This document shows positions 49,466 through 62,516 of a DNA stretch of 64,000 nucleotides, in pieces; the stretch's first letter is position 1, and each line of letters begins with the position of its first letter. The translations under genes were made by a program, and so were the position numbers. Where the stretch lies: the NCBI GenBank assembly GCA_030390025.1, contig CM059431.1, positions 111,168,001 through 111,232,000 of the forward strand, read 5' to 3'. The DNA comes from Squalus acanthias. Lineage: Eukaryota. The notes under the pieces were generated by a model, which saw nothing but the letters and a program-made list of their open reading frames with translations, had not been told where the DNA came from and did no database searches.

Positions 49466-52400
49466 ATAGAAACATAGAAGATAGGAGCAGGAGTAGGCCA
49501 TTCGGCCCCTCGAGCCTGCTCCGCCATTCGATGAGATCATGGCTGATCATCCAAACTCAGTACCCTGTACCCGCCTTCTCCCCATATCCCTTGATACCTT
49601 TAGCTTTAAGAAATATATCTAACTCATTCTTGAATATATTTAATGACTTGGCCTCAACTACCTTCTGTGGTAGAGAATTCCACAGGTTCACCACTCTCTG
49701 GGTGAAGAAATACTTCCTCATTTCTGTCCTAAATGGCTTACCCGTTATCCTTAGATTATGACCCCTGGTTCTGGACTCTCCGACCATCGGGAACATTCTT
49801 CCTGCATCTAGTTTGTCCAGACCTGTCAGAATTTTATATGTTTCGATGAGATCCCCTCTCATTCTTCTATACTCCAGCGAGTATAAGCCCAATCGACCCA
49901 ATCTCTCCTCATATGTCATTCCTGCCATCCCAGGTATCAGCCTTGTGAACCTTCGCTGAACTCCTTCCATGGCAAGAACATCCTTCCTCAGATAAGGCGA
50001 CCAAAACTGCACACAGTACTCAAGGTGTGGTCTCACCAAGGCCCTGTACAACTGCAGCAGGACATCCCTGTTCCTATACTCAAACCCTTTCGCTATGAAG
50101 GCCAACATACCATTTGCCTTCTTCACCGCCTGCTGCACCTGCATGCTTACTTTCAGCGACTGGTGCACAAGGACACCCAGGTCTCGTTGCACTTCCCCTT
50201 CTCCCAATCTATTGCCATTCAGATAATAGTCTGCCTTTCTGTTTTTGACACCAAAGTGGATAACCTCGCATTTATCCACGTTATATTGCATCTGCCACGC
50301 TTCTGCCCACTCACCCAACCTGTCCAAATCATCCTGGAGTTTCTAGGTATCCTCCTCGCAGCACACACTCCCACCCAGCTTTGTGTCATCTGCAAATTTG
50401 GAGATATTACATTTAGTTCCCTTATCTAGATCATTAATGTATATTGTGAATAGCTGGGGTCCAAGGACCGATCCCTGCAGTACCCCACTAGTCACTGCTT
50501 GCCACTCGGAAAAAGACCCATTAACTCCTACTCTCTGCTTTCTGTCCGCCAACCAGTTCTCTATCCAAGTCAATACCTTGCCCCCAATCCCATGTGCCTT
50601 AACTTTACACGCTAATCTCTTATGCGGGACCTTATTGAAAGCCTTTTGAAAGTCCAAATACACCACATCTACTGGTTCTCCCTTATCTATTTTCCCAGTT
50701 ACATCCTCAAAAAACTCCAGTAGATTAGTCAAGCAAGATTTACCTTTTGAAAATCCATGTTGACTTTGTCCGATCCTGTCACTGTTTTTCAAGTGCTCAG
50801 CTATTACATCCTTTATAATGGACTCTAGCATTTTCCCCACTACCGATGTCAGGCTTACCGGTCTGTAATTCCCCGCTTTCTCTCTACCACCCTTTTTGAA
50901 TAGTGGGGTAACATTAGCTACCCTCCAATCCATGGGTACAGTTCCAGATTCCATCGAATGTTTGAAGATGATCAGCAATGCATCTACTATTTCTAGGGCC
51001 ACTTCCTTAAGTACCCTAGGATGTAGATTATCAGGCCCTGGAGATTTATCGGCCTTCAATCCCATCAATTTCCCTAACACCATTTCCCTGCAAATACTGA
51101 TTTCTTTCAGTTCCTCCCTTTCATCAGACCGTATGTTCTCCAACATCTCTGGGAGGTTATTTGTGTCCTCCTGTGTGAAGACAGAACCAAAATATGCATT
51201 TAATTGGTCTGCCATTTCTTTGTTCCCCAATATAACTTCCCTCGCTTCTGACTGTAAGGGACCTACACTTGATTTCACTAATCTTTTTCTCTTCACATAT
51301 CTATAAAAGCTCTTACAGTCAGTTTTTATGCCCCCAGCAAGCTTACTTTCATATTCTATTTTCCCCTTCTTAATTAATCCCTTTGTCCTCCTTTGTTGAA
51401 TCCTAAACTGCTCCCAATCCTCAGGGCTACCGCTTTTTCTGGCCAATTTATATGCCCTCTCCTTGGAACTTATGCTATCTCTAATTTCCTTTGTTAGCCA
51501 CGGTTGAGTCACCCTTTTTGTTTTATCCTTATGCCACACTGGGATGAACAAATTCTGTAGTTCATCCATGCAGTCTTTGAATGTTTGCCATTGCCTATCC
51601 ACCGTCAACCCCTTGAGTGACATTCCCCAATCAATCCTACCCAATTCGCGCCTCATACCATCGTAGTTTCCTTTATTTAAATTTAGGACCCTAGTCTCTG
51701 ATTCAACTACTTCACTCTCCATCCTAATGAAGAATTCTATCATATTATGATCACTCTGACCCAAGGGTCCTCGTACAACAAGATTGCTAATTAATCCTTT
51801 CTCGTTACATAATACCCAGTCTAAGATGGCCTGATCTCTGGTTGGTTCCTCGACATATTGTTCCAGAAAACCATCTCGTAAACATTCTAGGAATTCCTCC
51901 TCCACAGTATTTTTACTAATTTGGTTAGCCCAATCTATATGTAAATTAAAGTCACCCATGATGACTGCTGTGCCCTTACTGCATGCTTCTCTAATTTCCC
52001 TTTTAATGCCGTCCCCAACCTCCGTATTACTGTTTGGAGGTCTATATACCACTCCCACTAACATTTTCTGCCCCTTGTTATTTCTCAGTTCTACCCATAC
52101 AGATTCCGCATCATCAGAGCTAATATCTTTCCTTTCAATTGTGTTAATCCCCTCTTTAACCAGCAATGCTACCCCACCTTCCTTTCTTTTTTGCCTATCT
52201 TTCCTAAATATTGAATAACCCTGGATGTTGAGTTCCCAGCCTTGGCCACCCTGGAGCCATGTTTCTGTAATCCCAATCAAATCGTATTCATTTACCTCTA
52301 TTTGCGTAGCTAATTCATCCACCTTGTTCCGAATGCTCCTTGCATTAAGACACAAAGCCTTCAGGCTTGTTTTTTTAACGCTCTCAGACCTATATGAATT

Positions 52401-52763
52401 ATTATTTACTGTGACCATGTTTGATTTAAACCGTTGAGTTCTTTGCCTTCTACTTTTGTTTTTCTCCTTCCTGTCTTTAGCTTTTATCCTTGTTTCCCTT
52501 TCCTTTGTCTCCCTGCTCAGGTTCCCTACCCCCTGCCACTTTAGTTTAAACCCTCCCCAACAGCACTAGCAAACACTCCCCCTAGGACATCGGTCCCGGC
52601 CCTGCCCAGGTGCAGACCGTCCCATTTGTACTGGTCCCACCTCCCCCAGAACCGGTTCCAATGTCCAAGGAATTTGAATCCCTCCCCCTTGCACCATTCC
52701 TCTAACCACGTATTCATTTGAAATATCCTCCTATTTCTACTCTGACTAGCACGTGGCACTGGT
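49466..52763 (-). mobile_element. Young CR1 LINE, 5'-truncated within ORF1; ORF2 (~950 codons) broken only by one stop at 50343-50345
   Basis: ORFs 50343-52418 and 49557-50327 are in frame; near-identical to 33033-36155. Confidence 0.95.
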
Positions 52764-53299
52764 CTCTTGGCTAATCTTAAGGCTATTTTTGTCTTCCTTA
52801 ATTGCATGCATTACTTTTCCCCATTCTCATGAGAGTTAAATGCCTTCAGTGTGTAGAAGGCCTTCTGTTTCAATCAAATTTGCCTCTGTACATTCTTCAT
52901 CAACCATGATGGTTTTGTTTTACCATGCACTCTTCTTTTAACCATTGGGCTTCATTCTGTTGAATGGTTTTAAATAGAACCTATTTGTCCTCAGTACTTG
53001 ATTTCCTATCTAGTAGGGTTGTCCAGTCAACTTTTGCCAGATCTTCAGCCCTCTTAAGATCTGGGACCAGCATTAGATTGGCTGCAACCTTGGATTGGCC
53101 AATAAGATTAAACCTAATTATATTATGATCAGAGTTGGCAGGTGGTACCCTACATGGTGGTTTGATACAGCACTAGGGTCACTGTTGAAAACCAGACCTA
53201 GAATGTGTTTATTCCTAGTTGATTCAACAACATGCTGTGTAAGGAAACAATCGTTGATGATGTCTACAAAAGTCACAGCTACTTTCGAGTAGAAAGAAG

Positions 53300-54693
53300 T
53301 TGTAGCTGAGCTCTGAAGAAGCAGAAAAAAGGAAAAGGAAAGCCAACCCAGGCCTCTAGGCCCCATTATTAACTCGGAGGCTCGTTGGGAGCAGGGGGAT
53401 CCAATATCGCATGGGAAACCCAGAAGTAAGTTCAGCTTGTCAGTCAGCAAATCAGCACCAGGGTCCATGCCTATTATGGAGCTCTGTTCACCCTGTCCTT
53501 CCAGTGAGGATGCTCGTAGAGTTTTGTGGGAGGACCTGCAGAAGGTCAGTTCAGAGGGGGCCGAGCACCATGACACTTCGCTAAGCCTGGCGGAGTTGAC
53601 CAGTGTCCTCCGCCAGCTCTCGAGAGGCAAAGCCCCAGGGATGGACGGGCTGACCACGGAGTTCTGCAGTGTTCTGGGACGTCCTGTGGGGGCGACTCCT
53701 TGTGGGTCCTGAAGGAAGTCTATTGATGGGGGGGGGCAGGGGGGGGGGGATGCCCCTCTCGGCGTAGGGCAGTTGTCATCCTGCTGCCGAAGAAGGGGGA
53801 TTTCCGCCACCTGAAAAATTTGCGCCTGGTCTCCATCCTCAGTGCGGATTACCAGGCCTTTCACAGGGCAATGTCTGCTCGCATTGGTACCGTGCTGGCC
53901 CACATGATCCACGCTCACCAGTCCTACATGGCCCCGGGCCAGAACATCCAAGATAATATCCACCTGGTCCGGTTCCTGGTCCACTATTCCCAAAGGACTG
54001 GTCAGTTGAGCGCCTTCCTTTCCCTGAATCAGGAGAAGGCGTTCCACAGGGTGGATCACGAATACTTGTTCAGGACTCTGCGGGCATTCAGATTCGGGTC
54101 ACATTTCGTTGCCCAGATCCAACTTCTGTACGCCGCCGCGGAGTGTCTGATTAAGGTAAACGGGTCTTTGACGGCACCCCTTCACTTCAGGAGAGGAGTG
54201 CGTCAGTGTTGCCCCATGTCTGGCCAATTATACACAATCTGCATGGAACCTTTCCTGCGCATCTTGCAGAAGGAGTTGCTGGGACTGGCTCTGTGTGGGC
54301 CAGGCGTGGAGGTCATCTTCTCAGCTTACGCCGATGGGGTGTGCATCGTGGTCACGGACCCTGTTGACTTGCGGAGGATGCACGAGCACCAGTGAGTGTA
54401 TTCTGCCTCTTCCACAGCAAGGAGCAGTTGGGTCAAATGTCCGGGACTCTTGGTAGGTCCGTGGTGGGTGGAATCTCTGCCGGAGGAGCTCCGGCCCTAT
54501 GCCTGGAGCACCTCCCACCTCCGGAACCTGGAAGTCTACCTGAGCCCTGCCGAGGAAGTCTGTCTGGCGAACTGGCAAGAGCCGGAGGCCAAAGTTATCA
54601 CTTGCCTAGGGCGCTGGACAGGACTGCTCCGACTGCTGTCCTACAGGGGCCACGCGCTGGTCATAAACCAACTGGTCACCGCTATGTTAGCAT
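53300..54693 (+). mobile_element. Tx1/L1-clade LINE RT fragment, degenerate
   Basis: KAPGMDGLTTEF, LLPKKGD, LNQEKAFHRVDHEYL, RGVRQCCPMSGQLY, AYADGV; 5' boundary approximate. Confidence 0.85.
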
Positions 54694-55030
54694 AGGGGTA
54701 TGGTAGCATAGTGGTCATGTTACTGGACTAGTAATTCAGAGGTCTGGACTAATTATCTGGAGACATGTAGTTCAAATCCCATCATTCAGTTAATTAAATA
54801 AACTACTGGATTGTTGTAAAAATCCATCTGGATCACTAGTGTCCTTTAGGGAAGAAAATCTGCCATCCTTACCTGGCCTGGCCTTTAGGTGACTCCAGAC
54901 CCATAGCAATATGATTGACTCTTAGCTGCCCTCTGAAATGGAGGCTCACCACCACCTTCTCATGAGAAGTTAGGGATAGGCAATAAATACTGGCCTTGCC
55001 AGCGATGCCAACATCCAATGAATAAAAGAA
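54694..55030 (+). mobile_element. tRNA-derived SINE sharing the 3' tail of the LINE at 25240
   Basis: Head TGGTAGCATAGTGG...GTTCAAATCCC; tail GGCAATAAATACTGGCCTTGCCAGCGATGCC. Confidence 0.75.
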
Positions 55031-55950
55031 TATGTTATGATACCGGTTGGTCACTTTGATCCCTCCCCCTGAGTTTCTCACCAGGATTCAGAGGAAGTCC
55101 ATCAAAAAAGGACCAGGCTAGAAGTCTTAGCACTTTATGAACAAAGGTCCTCATCAGTTAGGGATGCCTGCCCTGGAGGTCTATAACTGGTGCCAGTCAT
55201 AGACTTAGGGTCATTGACTTGGACTAATTGAATCCAAACAGCTTCAGCTAATGTTGATGTGCCAATACCACAGCTGGCAGATTGTCTTGGACAAATAAGG
55301 CTGCATCTCCTCCCTTCTGACCTATTCTCCCTTTCCTAAAACAGTTATACCCTGCGATATGGCATTTGGCACCATCTTTTAAATCTAGCCACATCTCCGT
55401 AACACCGAAAACACCTGGGCTTTCTAATGCTGCATAAGATTGTAGTTCCAGCAGCTTATTTCTCAGACTTCTTCCACTAGCATAGAATGGTCTATCAGTT
55501 AGCTGACTCTGGGAAACATTCCTTTTCCGTGCCTGACCTTTAGAAAATCTGGGTAGTCTATTAGTGCTACCTACCCGAGTGAAATTACTGACTGGTTTAT
55601 CCATGCTAACCCTTGGCTCAACTAATTTAAATGCTCCCTAAAGGCCACCTCAAAATTCTCAGTCAACATCTGTGCACCCAGAAAGTTAAGATGGAGGCCA
55701 TCCCTCCTAAAATGCTTACCTTGCTGCTGAAAAGCTCCCCAGTTGTCTATAAGAGTAAGTCTCTCCCTCTTGCATCGGTCCTCGAGCCACAGGTTGAGTC
55801 CGATGATGCTGCTGTTCCTTCCTGCGGAACCCCGTAGCACTGGAATTGTTCGCACTCACACACTTGAGCAACCTACACGGAAAAGGCTTGCCTGGCGGAT
55901 GATCCTTCTCTGTAGCTTCTAAACTATCCTCTGTCTCGTTCTCACTCGGT

Positions 55951-56137
55951 GGAGTAAATTTTAACCTATCAGGCCCGGCTGGAAGCTGGCTTGATTGGGT
56001 TGGCCTACAGTTTTACACCCGGACCCATTTTACTCCTTGTTGACTTCAATAGAGAGTAAAATTGGGCGGGTGTACAGCAGGCGGCCAACCCGAACCCACC
56101 ACTATCCCGCCTGGTGGATTAAGTTAAAATTAGCCCC
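55951..56137. mobile_element. Small MITE
   Basis: Imperfect TIR GGAGTAAATTTTAAC / GTTAAAATTAGCCCC; TSD not clear. Confidence 0.55.
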
Positions 56138-56627
56138 TGCGTCTCTCTCCATTGTAGCCTTTCTTGTCTTTGTTTTATTGGTACTGCTACGCTCAGTTCT
56201 GTTGTTATCTTTCCTATTTTTTGTTTTACAATGCAGTACTGATCAACCGTTAATAAATGTATGTTTTAATTTTAAGATGTCCCACTTCATACTAACACAG
56301 GTTTTAAAAAGAACAGTTTTCCCTGCCTGGCCCTTACGGCCATCTCCCCTTCCCACTGCTGCCCCCACCCCCTCAACAAAGTCGATGCTTAATGGGCAAC
56401 CAGCAACTCTTTATTAGTTACTGGCCAGTGAACTTCCAGCTCCTGACGTCCTAGTGCGCCCAGTATATCATGAGCTGATCTCATGTTATCAGGCGAGATT
56501 GTCTCATTTGTGTGATGGTGTGGGCAGTGCCTAATGGGTGGCAATCCGATGGCATAATGTCGGGACCACGTTATCTGTTTGAAGGTAATGATCAAATCAA
56601 ACTTTGAAAGAAACGTTTGAAAACTTA

Positions 56628-58369
56628 GGCCGGAATTTTGCCGGCTCTCAGAGGGTGGGTTTGGAGGCGGGTAGGAAACGCACTGTCAGCCCGCCTCCAT
56701 GCGAGTCTCCCAGGTGCCGAGTCTGTCAGCGGAGAACTGACCCGACACCAAGCGGCAGGGGATAGAATTGAGCTCATTCAATGGCTTGTTAAGAGCCAAT
56801 TTAAAACTATTTTGAGGCTTCATTCCCAATTTTACGTTCTCCCCACGGGTTACCTGCTGCTCGGGGAACACGCCAGCTCACCCTGGCGTGAGTTGAGTCT
56901 GCTCTGATGTTTCTGATAAGCTGACAGCTGCAGAAGTGGTGTAAAGGATGCCATGTTGCAGATGGTCAGTTTCAGAGCGCAGAAACTTCTGGTTACTTCA
57001 TTTGCAATACATATAGAGATTTCTTTAGCTTGCAAGTGTTTAGAGGCAACTGTATGTTCAGTGCCACCTCATTGAAACAACCTCTCTCACCATTGACAGA
57101 TCGCTTCTATCATCTCACCTGCAGCTGTCATTTATTGCAACATCGGTGCCCTTGAAAAAATCAGACCTTGGTTCTCTGAATCCTTCCACGATCAGCTCCA
57201 ACACCAACATCACCAGGCACACCAACATCACCAACCTTCTCCGCCATCACCTGATGCTGCACAGGACACAGGGCATCAGCCCTTGACAACATTGATGCCC
57301 GGGAGGCCAGCGATGGCATCAGCATGGCCAGATTTACTTCACTTGACGCTGTTAACCCTGGCTGCCACATGATGTGCCAGGTTGACACCATCCCACAGCA
57401 GCACCGTGAAGCATCCCTTTAATGTCCAAGCCATTCCATGCACACTCATCACTATAGCGGGGGGGGAGGGGGGCGCGGAGTTATGTCTGAACATTCACTG
57501 GAACTCAGTAAGACACTTCTTAATGTGCGCTCAGATCTGTCCAATAAGGGACAGTGATGGAACAATAGATTTCACTGTATGACAACACATTACCAGAAAC
57601 TTCACATGGACATTGGCTAAACCTCTCAAGTGCCTATCCTTATGTGTTGTTAGTTGGTATGCTTGCAGTAGGATCAGGGTGAGTGTGAGGGGTGGCTACT
57701 GAGATGGGGAAGTGATAGAGAGGGTTAGGTGGAGGTGCAAGGTAAGTTGGTGTGAGTAAGGATGTGCAGGAGAAGGGTATGGAAGGCAGAGTGATGGGGA
57801 TGTGTTGAGTGGCACAGCAGGATGAGTTTGAGTGTGGCTTTGCAGTAATGTTTCGTGATCCACTGAGATCATTGAAAGGTTGGCGCCACTGCAGCCAGGG
57901 ACCCCTGACGACATCCCTGCTTTTGCCCTCCTATGCAATGTGCAACCAGGCTGCGTTGCTGTCCTGGGGAGGTCTCTTCCGCCCTTGGAAGGGAAGAGAT
58001 CCTCCCTGCATGCTGTGGCTCCCTCCATAAGCATATGGAGGGAGTCATTTGAGAGCCTGGGTGCAAACGTCCACCTTTGTGCAGTGCTTGTCAGTGTTTG
58101 CAGCACCTCAATGCTGTAGAACACTGACACAACAATTGTTAAACTCAATGTGGACATGGTCCCTTTAAATAAACCGGCTGATGACGCGTCATCAAATGAC
58201 GTCATCAGACCCACTTCCTGTTAATTGGCCGGGAAGCCCGCAGGGCGGGTTTAACAAGGCCAATCAAGAGAAAATCCCTTTGACAGAGCAGCTGCAGCCA
58301 GGATCGTGACTGGAACCCAGAAACCAGCTCTCCCGCCACCATCCCGACACTGCTGATAAAATCATGGCC
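56628..58369 (+). mobile_element. Non-autonomous Harbinger deletion derivative (1742 bp), same family as 8656
   Basis: TIR GGCCGGAATTTT / AAAATCATGGCC; TSD TTA; fused transposase remnant (~57140-57345) and Myb exon-1 remnant (~57850-58095, minus). Confidence 0.88.
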
Positions 58370-58449
58370 TTAGAGTGCATGTCCACAGACCCCTGAAGGT
58401 AGCAGGACAGGTAGCTATGTTAATTATCATCTGCCAATTATAATCTCTC

Positions 58450-58893
58450 GTCTCTGTGTCAGAAGGTTGTGGGTTCAAATCCCACTCCAGAGACTTGAGC
58501 ACAAGATCTAGGCTGACTCTCCCAGTGCAGTACTGAGGGAGTGCTGCAATGTTGGAGGTGCCGTCTTTTGGATGCGACGTTAAACCGAGGCCTCGTCTGC
58601 TCTCTCAGGAGACCGTAAAAGATCCCATGACACTATTTTAAAATAGAGCAAGGGAGTTCTCCCAAGTCCCCTGGCCAAAATGTATCCCTCAACCAACATC
58701 ACAAAAACAGATTATCTGGTCATGATCATATTGCTGTTTGTGGGACCTTGCTGTGTGCAAATTTGGCTGCCGCATTTTATACATTACAACAGTGACCACA
58801 CTTCAAAATTACTTAATTGGCCGTAAAGCACTTTGGGATGTCCAGAGGTCGTGCAAGGTGCTATACAAATGCAGGTCTTTCTTTTTCTTTCTT
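58450..58893 (+). mobile_element. DeuSINE (SacSINE1-like)
   Basis: B-box GGTTCAAATCC, Deu core, L2-type tail. Confidence 0.85.
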
Positions 58894-59648
58894 TATGATC
58901 CCAGATTAACCATGTACCAATAATTATCTGAAAGATTGCGTGACATCTTTATCTAACATCTGCTAGCACGGTTTTACTTTGTACATTACTCCACTGGTCA
59001 TGGTGTTAATACTACGAATCGACTGGAAATTAATTTTTTTTGAGTAAAGCATTTTGTATATTCTTTGCATCTGTCATTGAACTTCAAAGTAATCAGCATA
59101 AATTTAAATAATTGATCCAGTAAAAGTGGTCCAGTAGCTTAGTTTAGTCTCTGAAGCAGAAGGTAATGAATATGAGTCTGGCTCCCTGTCACTCAAAGTT
59201 AGCTGGCGGGTGAGTCTTCTTAATTCCCATCCAGGCCATCGTACAGGATGATTGAAAGAAGTGCAGAAAATTAGCATTGTCCAGATGAATCCATCTGAAT
59301 TATGACTTTAAGAGGCTGAAACTGTTTAAGCTTGCTAAGTAATTAACTCCAAAAAATCTTCAGCATAGTTTTGTGTTCACACAGGATACATGACCAATTA
59401 ATGATCGCTCACAACATTAGCTGAGCAACTCTATGTGCTTCAGGCACTGCCTCTATCTCTGCCTGCCAGCCACAAGATCAGGATTTGCTTACTTTCAGAC
59501 CGTGTGATTGTATTTCATACCAGCACAATTTATTTCACACCTTTACCATGGTGATGTCCGAGACCTCTGACTCACTCTTAAACATACCGAAGATGATAAG
59601 CTTCTTAGCAGATTGGAGGAGCAGAGATCTAAGAGTGCAGAGACATAT

Positions 59649-60465
59649 GTGCACGATCCTGCCAGCCCTGGGGAGGCGGGTATGGAGGCGGGACTGCCGG
59701 GAAAATGGCAGAATTTGGGGGCGGGTGCCCAACCCGCCCCCAACCCGCCTCCATGCCATCTTGCCAGGAGGCATGTCCCGTCTCCTTGGAGGCGGGAAGG
59801 GATTACAGCCACTTAACTGCCTGCTAACAGGTAGTTAACAGGCAGAAAATAGGCTTATCACCAATTTGCCCACACAAGTGCGGGCTTCCCGAAGGCTCCA
59901 AACCCCACCAGGGTCACCGAGGCGAGTAGTGGGTCTGCGGCGGTCGGAGGGGTCCAAAAGTGCGCTGTGGAGGTAAGTGATTGGTGCAAGTGTGGAGAGG
60001 TGAGTATCTGAGGTAAGTGGAAAGTGTTAGAAAAAGTGTACTTACCTCTGTTTCTTCCTGCAGGCTTCAGTCGTTGGGTATGCGGAGAGTCTCGCACCTC
60101 CGCGGTAGAGATGACAGATGGCCGTTGCATTCTCCAATGCAACAACCATCTCATTTCTGCAAAAGAAAGAGGTTTGATGAGTCTTGAGTTCAAGAACTCA
60201 TCAAACTACAGAGAATGTCAGTGTTTGACAGCTTCACAGAGCTGTCAAACGATGACAATTCATCTGTTGACAGATGAAACATCATACGTTGACGTTCTCT
60301 GTAACCGGCTTTCCCTTAATTGGCCTGCTAAGCCCGCTGGGCGGACTTAACAAGGTCAATCAAGGGAAAATAGCATGGGTTGGCCAGAAGTCGATGGGGG
60401 CGGGACTAAAACCCGACAAGTGGGAGTCCCGCCTCCAACAGCTCCCCATTGGCAATATCACCCCC
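59649..60465 (-). mobile_element. Harbinger MITE (hairpin family), decayed TIRs
   Basis: Reverse-complement collinear with 45944-47607 minus its nested insert. Confidence 0.8.
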
Positions 60466-61345
60466 ATAGGTCCGGGAATTCGGTTTTGTGGCGCAAAGTG
60501 GGTGGCGCACGAAGGTGGAGGCCAGAGGCTTGGTTGAAATTGAGTCTCGGCCCTCATCTACGTAATACCAGCCAGCTGCCAATCGGGCATCCCCGTACAG
60601 CTTGCCAGTCGAAGCCTTCTCAAAATGGGTCGGCCCGCAGTCAAGTCCTGAGGGAAAGTAAATTATAGTGGGAGGCCCACTTATTTGGGCACAATTGTGG
60701 GCACACCTAAGGAGTATCGTTCCAAGAGCTCTGTGTTAAGATGGCATCATCAACCACCACTGCCCCCACCCCCCAGCTCGGAAGTAGCAAATTATAAGTC
60801 TAGAAATGACTGTGTGCGATATTACCAGGTGAATGCTAACACATTTGTATGACGTTGCTTTGTCCATTATTTTAACAGAAGCATTTTATTTTAAATCGGT
60901 TAATGTCTCTATTAAAAAAAAAAGTGGAAACAGTAATGCTATATGAATGCATTAAGCTTTCATATGCTATGATTGCACAAGATAATTCCCAGGCATATTT
61001 AATTTCAGCATTGCCTACAAAAATGGGTTTCAAAATCTTTTCACCTAAAGTTTTCTCTCGTGGCCACTTTTTATGAACAAGAAAATGGGGGCTGAAAGCA
61101 GTTTGGGAAAAAAAATTATTGAGCAATTTGGTTGGTTTTGTGGTCGTTAATTCCTCATTCATGGTCAGTGATTATAGTTTAAAAGAGAGATTTAAAATAT
61201 GACATTAAGATTTAAAGTGTTGCATACGTACAAAATTTTAGTGTGACATATAAATTCAAGATGTGGCATGTAATAGATGTAAGAGTCTTAATTATATCCT
61301 TTGGTTTTCCCCTCCAAAATGCTTAACAATTTACCTGAAACTAAT

Positions 61346-61590
61346 ACAAAAAAGAAAATACCGCAGATGCTGGAAATCTGAAATAAAAACAGAAAATGCT
61401 GGAGATACTCAGCAGGTCAGGCAGCATCTGTGAAAAGAGAAACAAAGTTAACGTTTCAGGTCGATGACCTTTCGTCAGAACTGGACGATCCAGTTCTGAC
61501 GAAAGGTCATCGACCTGAAACGTTAACTCTGTTCCTCTCTTCACAGATGCTGCCTGACCTGCTGAGTATCTCCAGCATTTTCTGTTTTTA
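61346..61590 (-). mobile_element. Palindromic mini-element of a second family, probably Penelope-derived
   Basis: ~100-bp near-perfect inverted arms plus ~38-nt tail; 14-bp TSD TACCTGAAACTAAT at 61332-61345 and 61591-61604; same architecture as 20558. Confidence 0.85.
61492..61528 (+). ncRNA. Minimal hammerhead ribozyme motif (mirror copy 61446-61482, minus)
   Basis: AGTT-CTGACGA-A-AGGTC ATC GACCT-GAAA-CG-TT-AACT; palindromic AACGTT stem III. Confidence 0.8.
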
Positions 61591-61621
61591 TACCTGAAAC
61601 TAATTTGGCTTTAAATGCATT

Positions 61622-62301
61622 GGGCTGGATTTTCATTGACCCGTGGAGGCGGGTTTGGAGGCGTGTGGGGGGTTAAAATTGCGAAAACTGGCGGGTGGGC
61701 ACAAGTCCGCCTCCATCCCACCTCCACGCAATTTTCATTAAATCGTGTCTGCTGGTCCCGACTCCGTCCCGCCTTTAAGAGACGGGATAGGCTGTTAAGG
61801 CCCTTAACAAGCACTAAATTGGCTCTATAATGCCATTTTGAAAGGCCTTTGTGATTTTAACCCTTGTTCTACGTGAAGCACGCCTGATCTGAACCACGAT
61901 TGTGAAACCTGGCGGGAGCACATTTCGAAAGCTGACTATCAGCTACAGGTCCACTATTACAATGGAGAAGTAGTAGTAGGAATAGGGCTGCTGCTGGTCA
62001 TTTTGCCTTCAGGTCCTCTCACAGCAACGGTCTCTCTCTCGCTCTCTCTCTCTCTCGTTGCTCATTTTGCATCCAGGTCCTCTCACAGCAAAGGCCAGGC
62101 AGTGTTTGAAGACCTTCAATGCAGCAGCAATGATGACATCATCAGAGGCGACTTTCAGACTGAAAACACTAATTGGTTCATGGGTTCCCACATGCTGGAA
62201 CTCAATTGCCCAATTAGGTGAAAATTGCATCAATCTCCCACATCCAATTGCAGTCGGGTGGATAACACAACCCCAACCCGCCCCATATCAAAATCCAGCC
62301 C
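61622..62301 (+). mobile_element. Harbinger MITE with copy-1-like ends (680 bp)
   Basis: Perfect 12-bp TIR; TSD ATT; same family as 46202-47018. Confidence 0.92.
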
Positions 62302-62516
62302 ATTACATCTATTCTGCTCCAATAGCTATGCAACTCCCATTTGTGCAAGGATTAAATATAGAGAGGACTCTCGATGGCTGTCAGTGCAGTCATTGCAAGG
62401 CAGTGATCGAATCACCAACTTCAAATTATGTTGAAATCCACAAGAGCAAAGTTTTATTCACCAGCTAAACCCAGAGATTAGATTACAATCTGCAATTCAC
62501 TGATTAACACCAAGTT

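Larger units (their letters stand above)
45737..55940 (-). mobile_element. Old CR1 LINE (3'UTR to ORF1) fragmented by at least five nested insertions
   Basis: Own segments ~45737-45943, 47608-49465, 52764-53295, 55035-55940 read in order RT, APE, ORF1 esterase (RRDGLHLN); ...RLAKR|LKKMV rejoins across the young CR1. Confidence 0.8.

Noticed and set aside
53118..54059. 313-aa minus-strand ORF
   Set aside because: Chance read-through of antisense Tx1 sequence into the old CR1 endonuclease fragment.
60469..60710. Possible additional small MITE
   Set aside because: TIR and TSD could not be defined convincingly.
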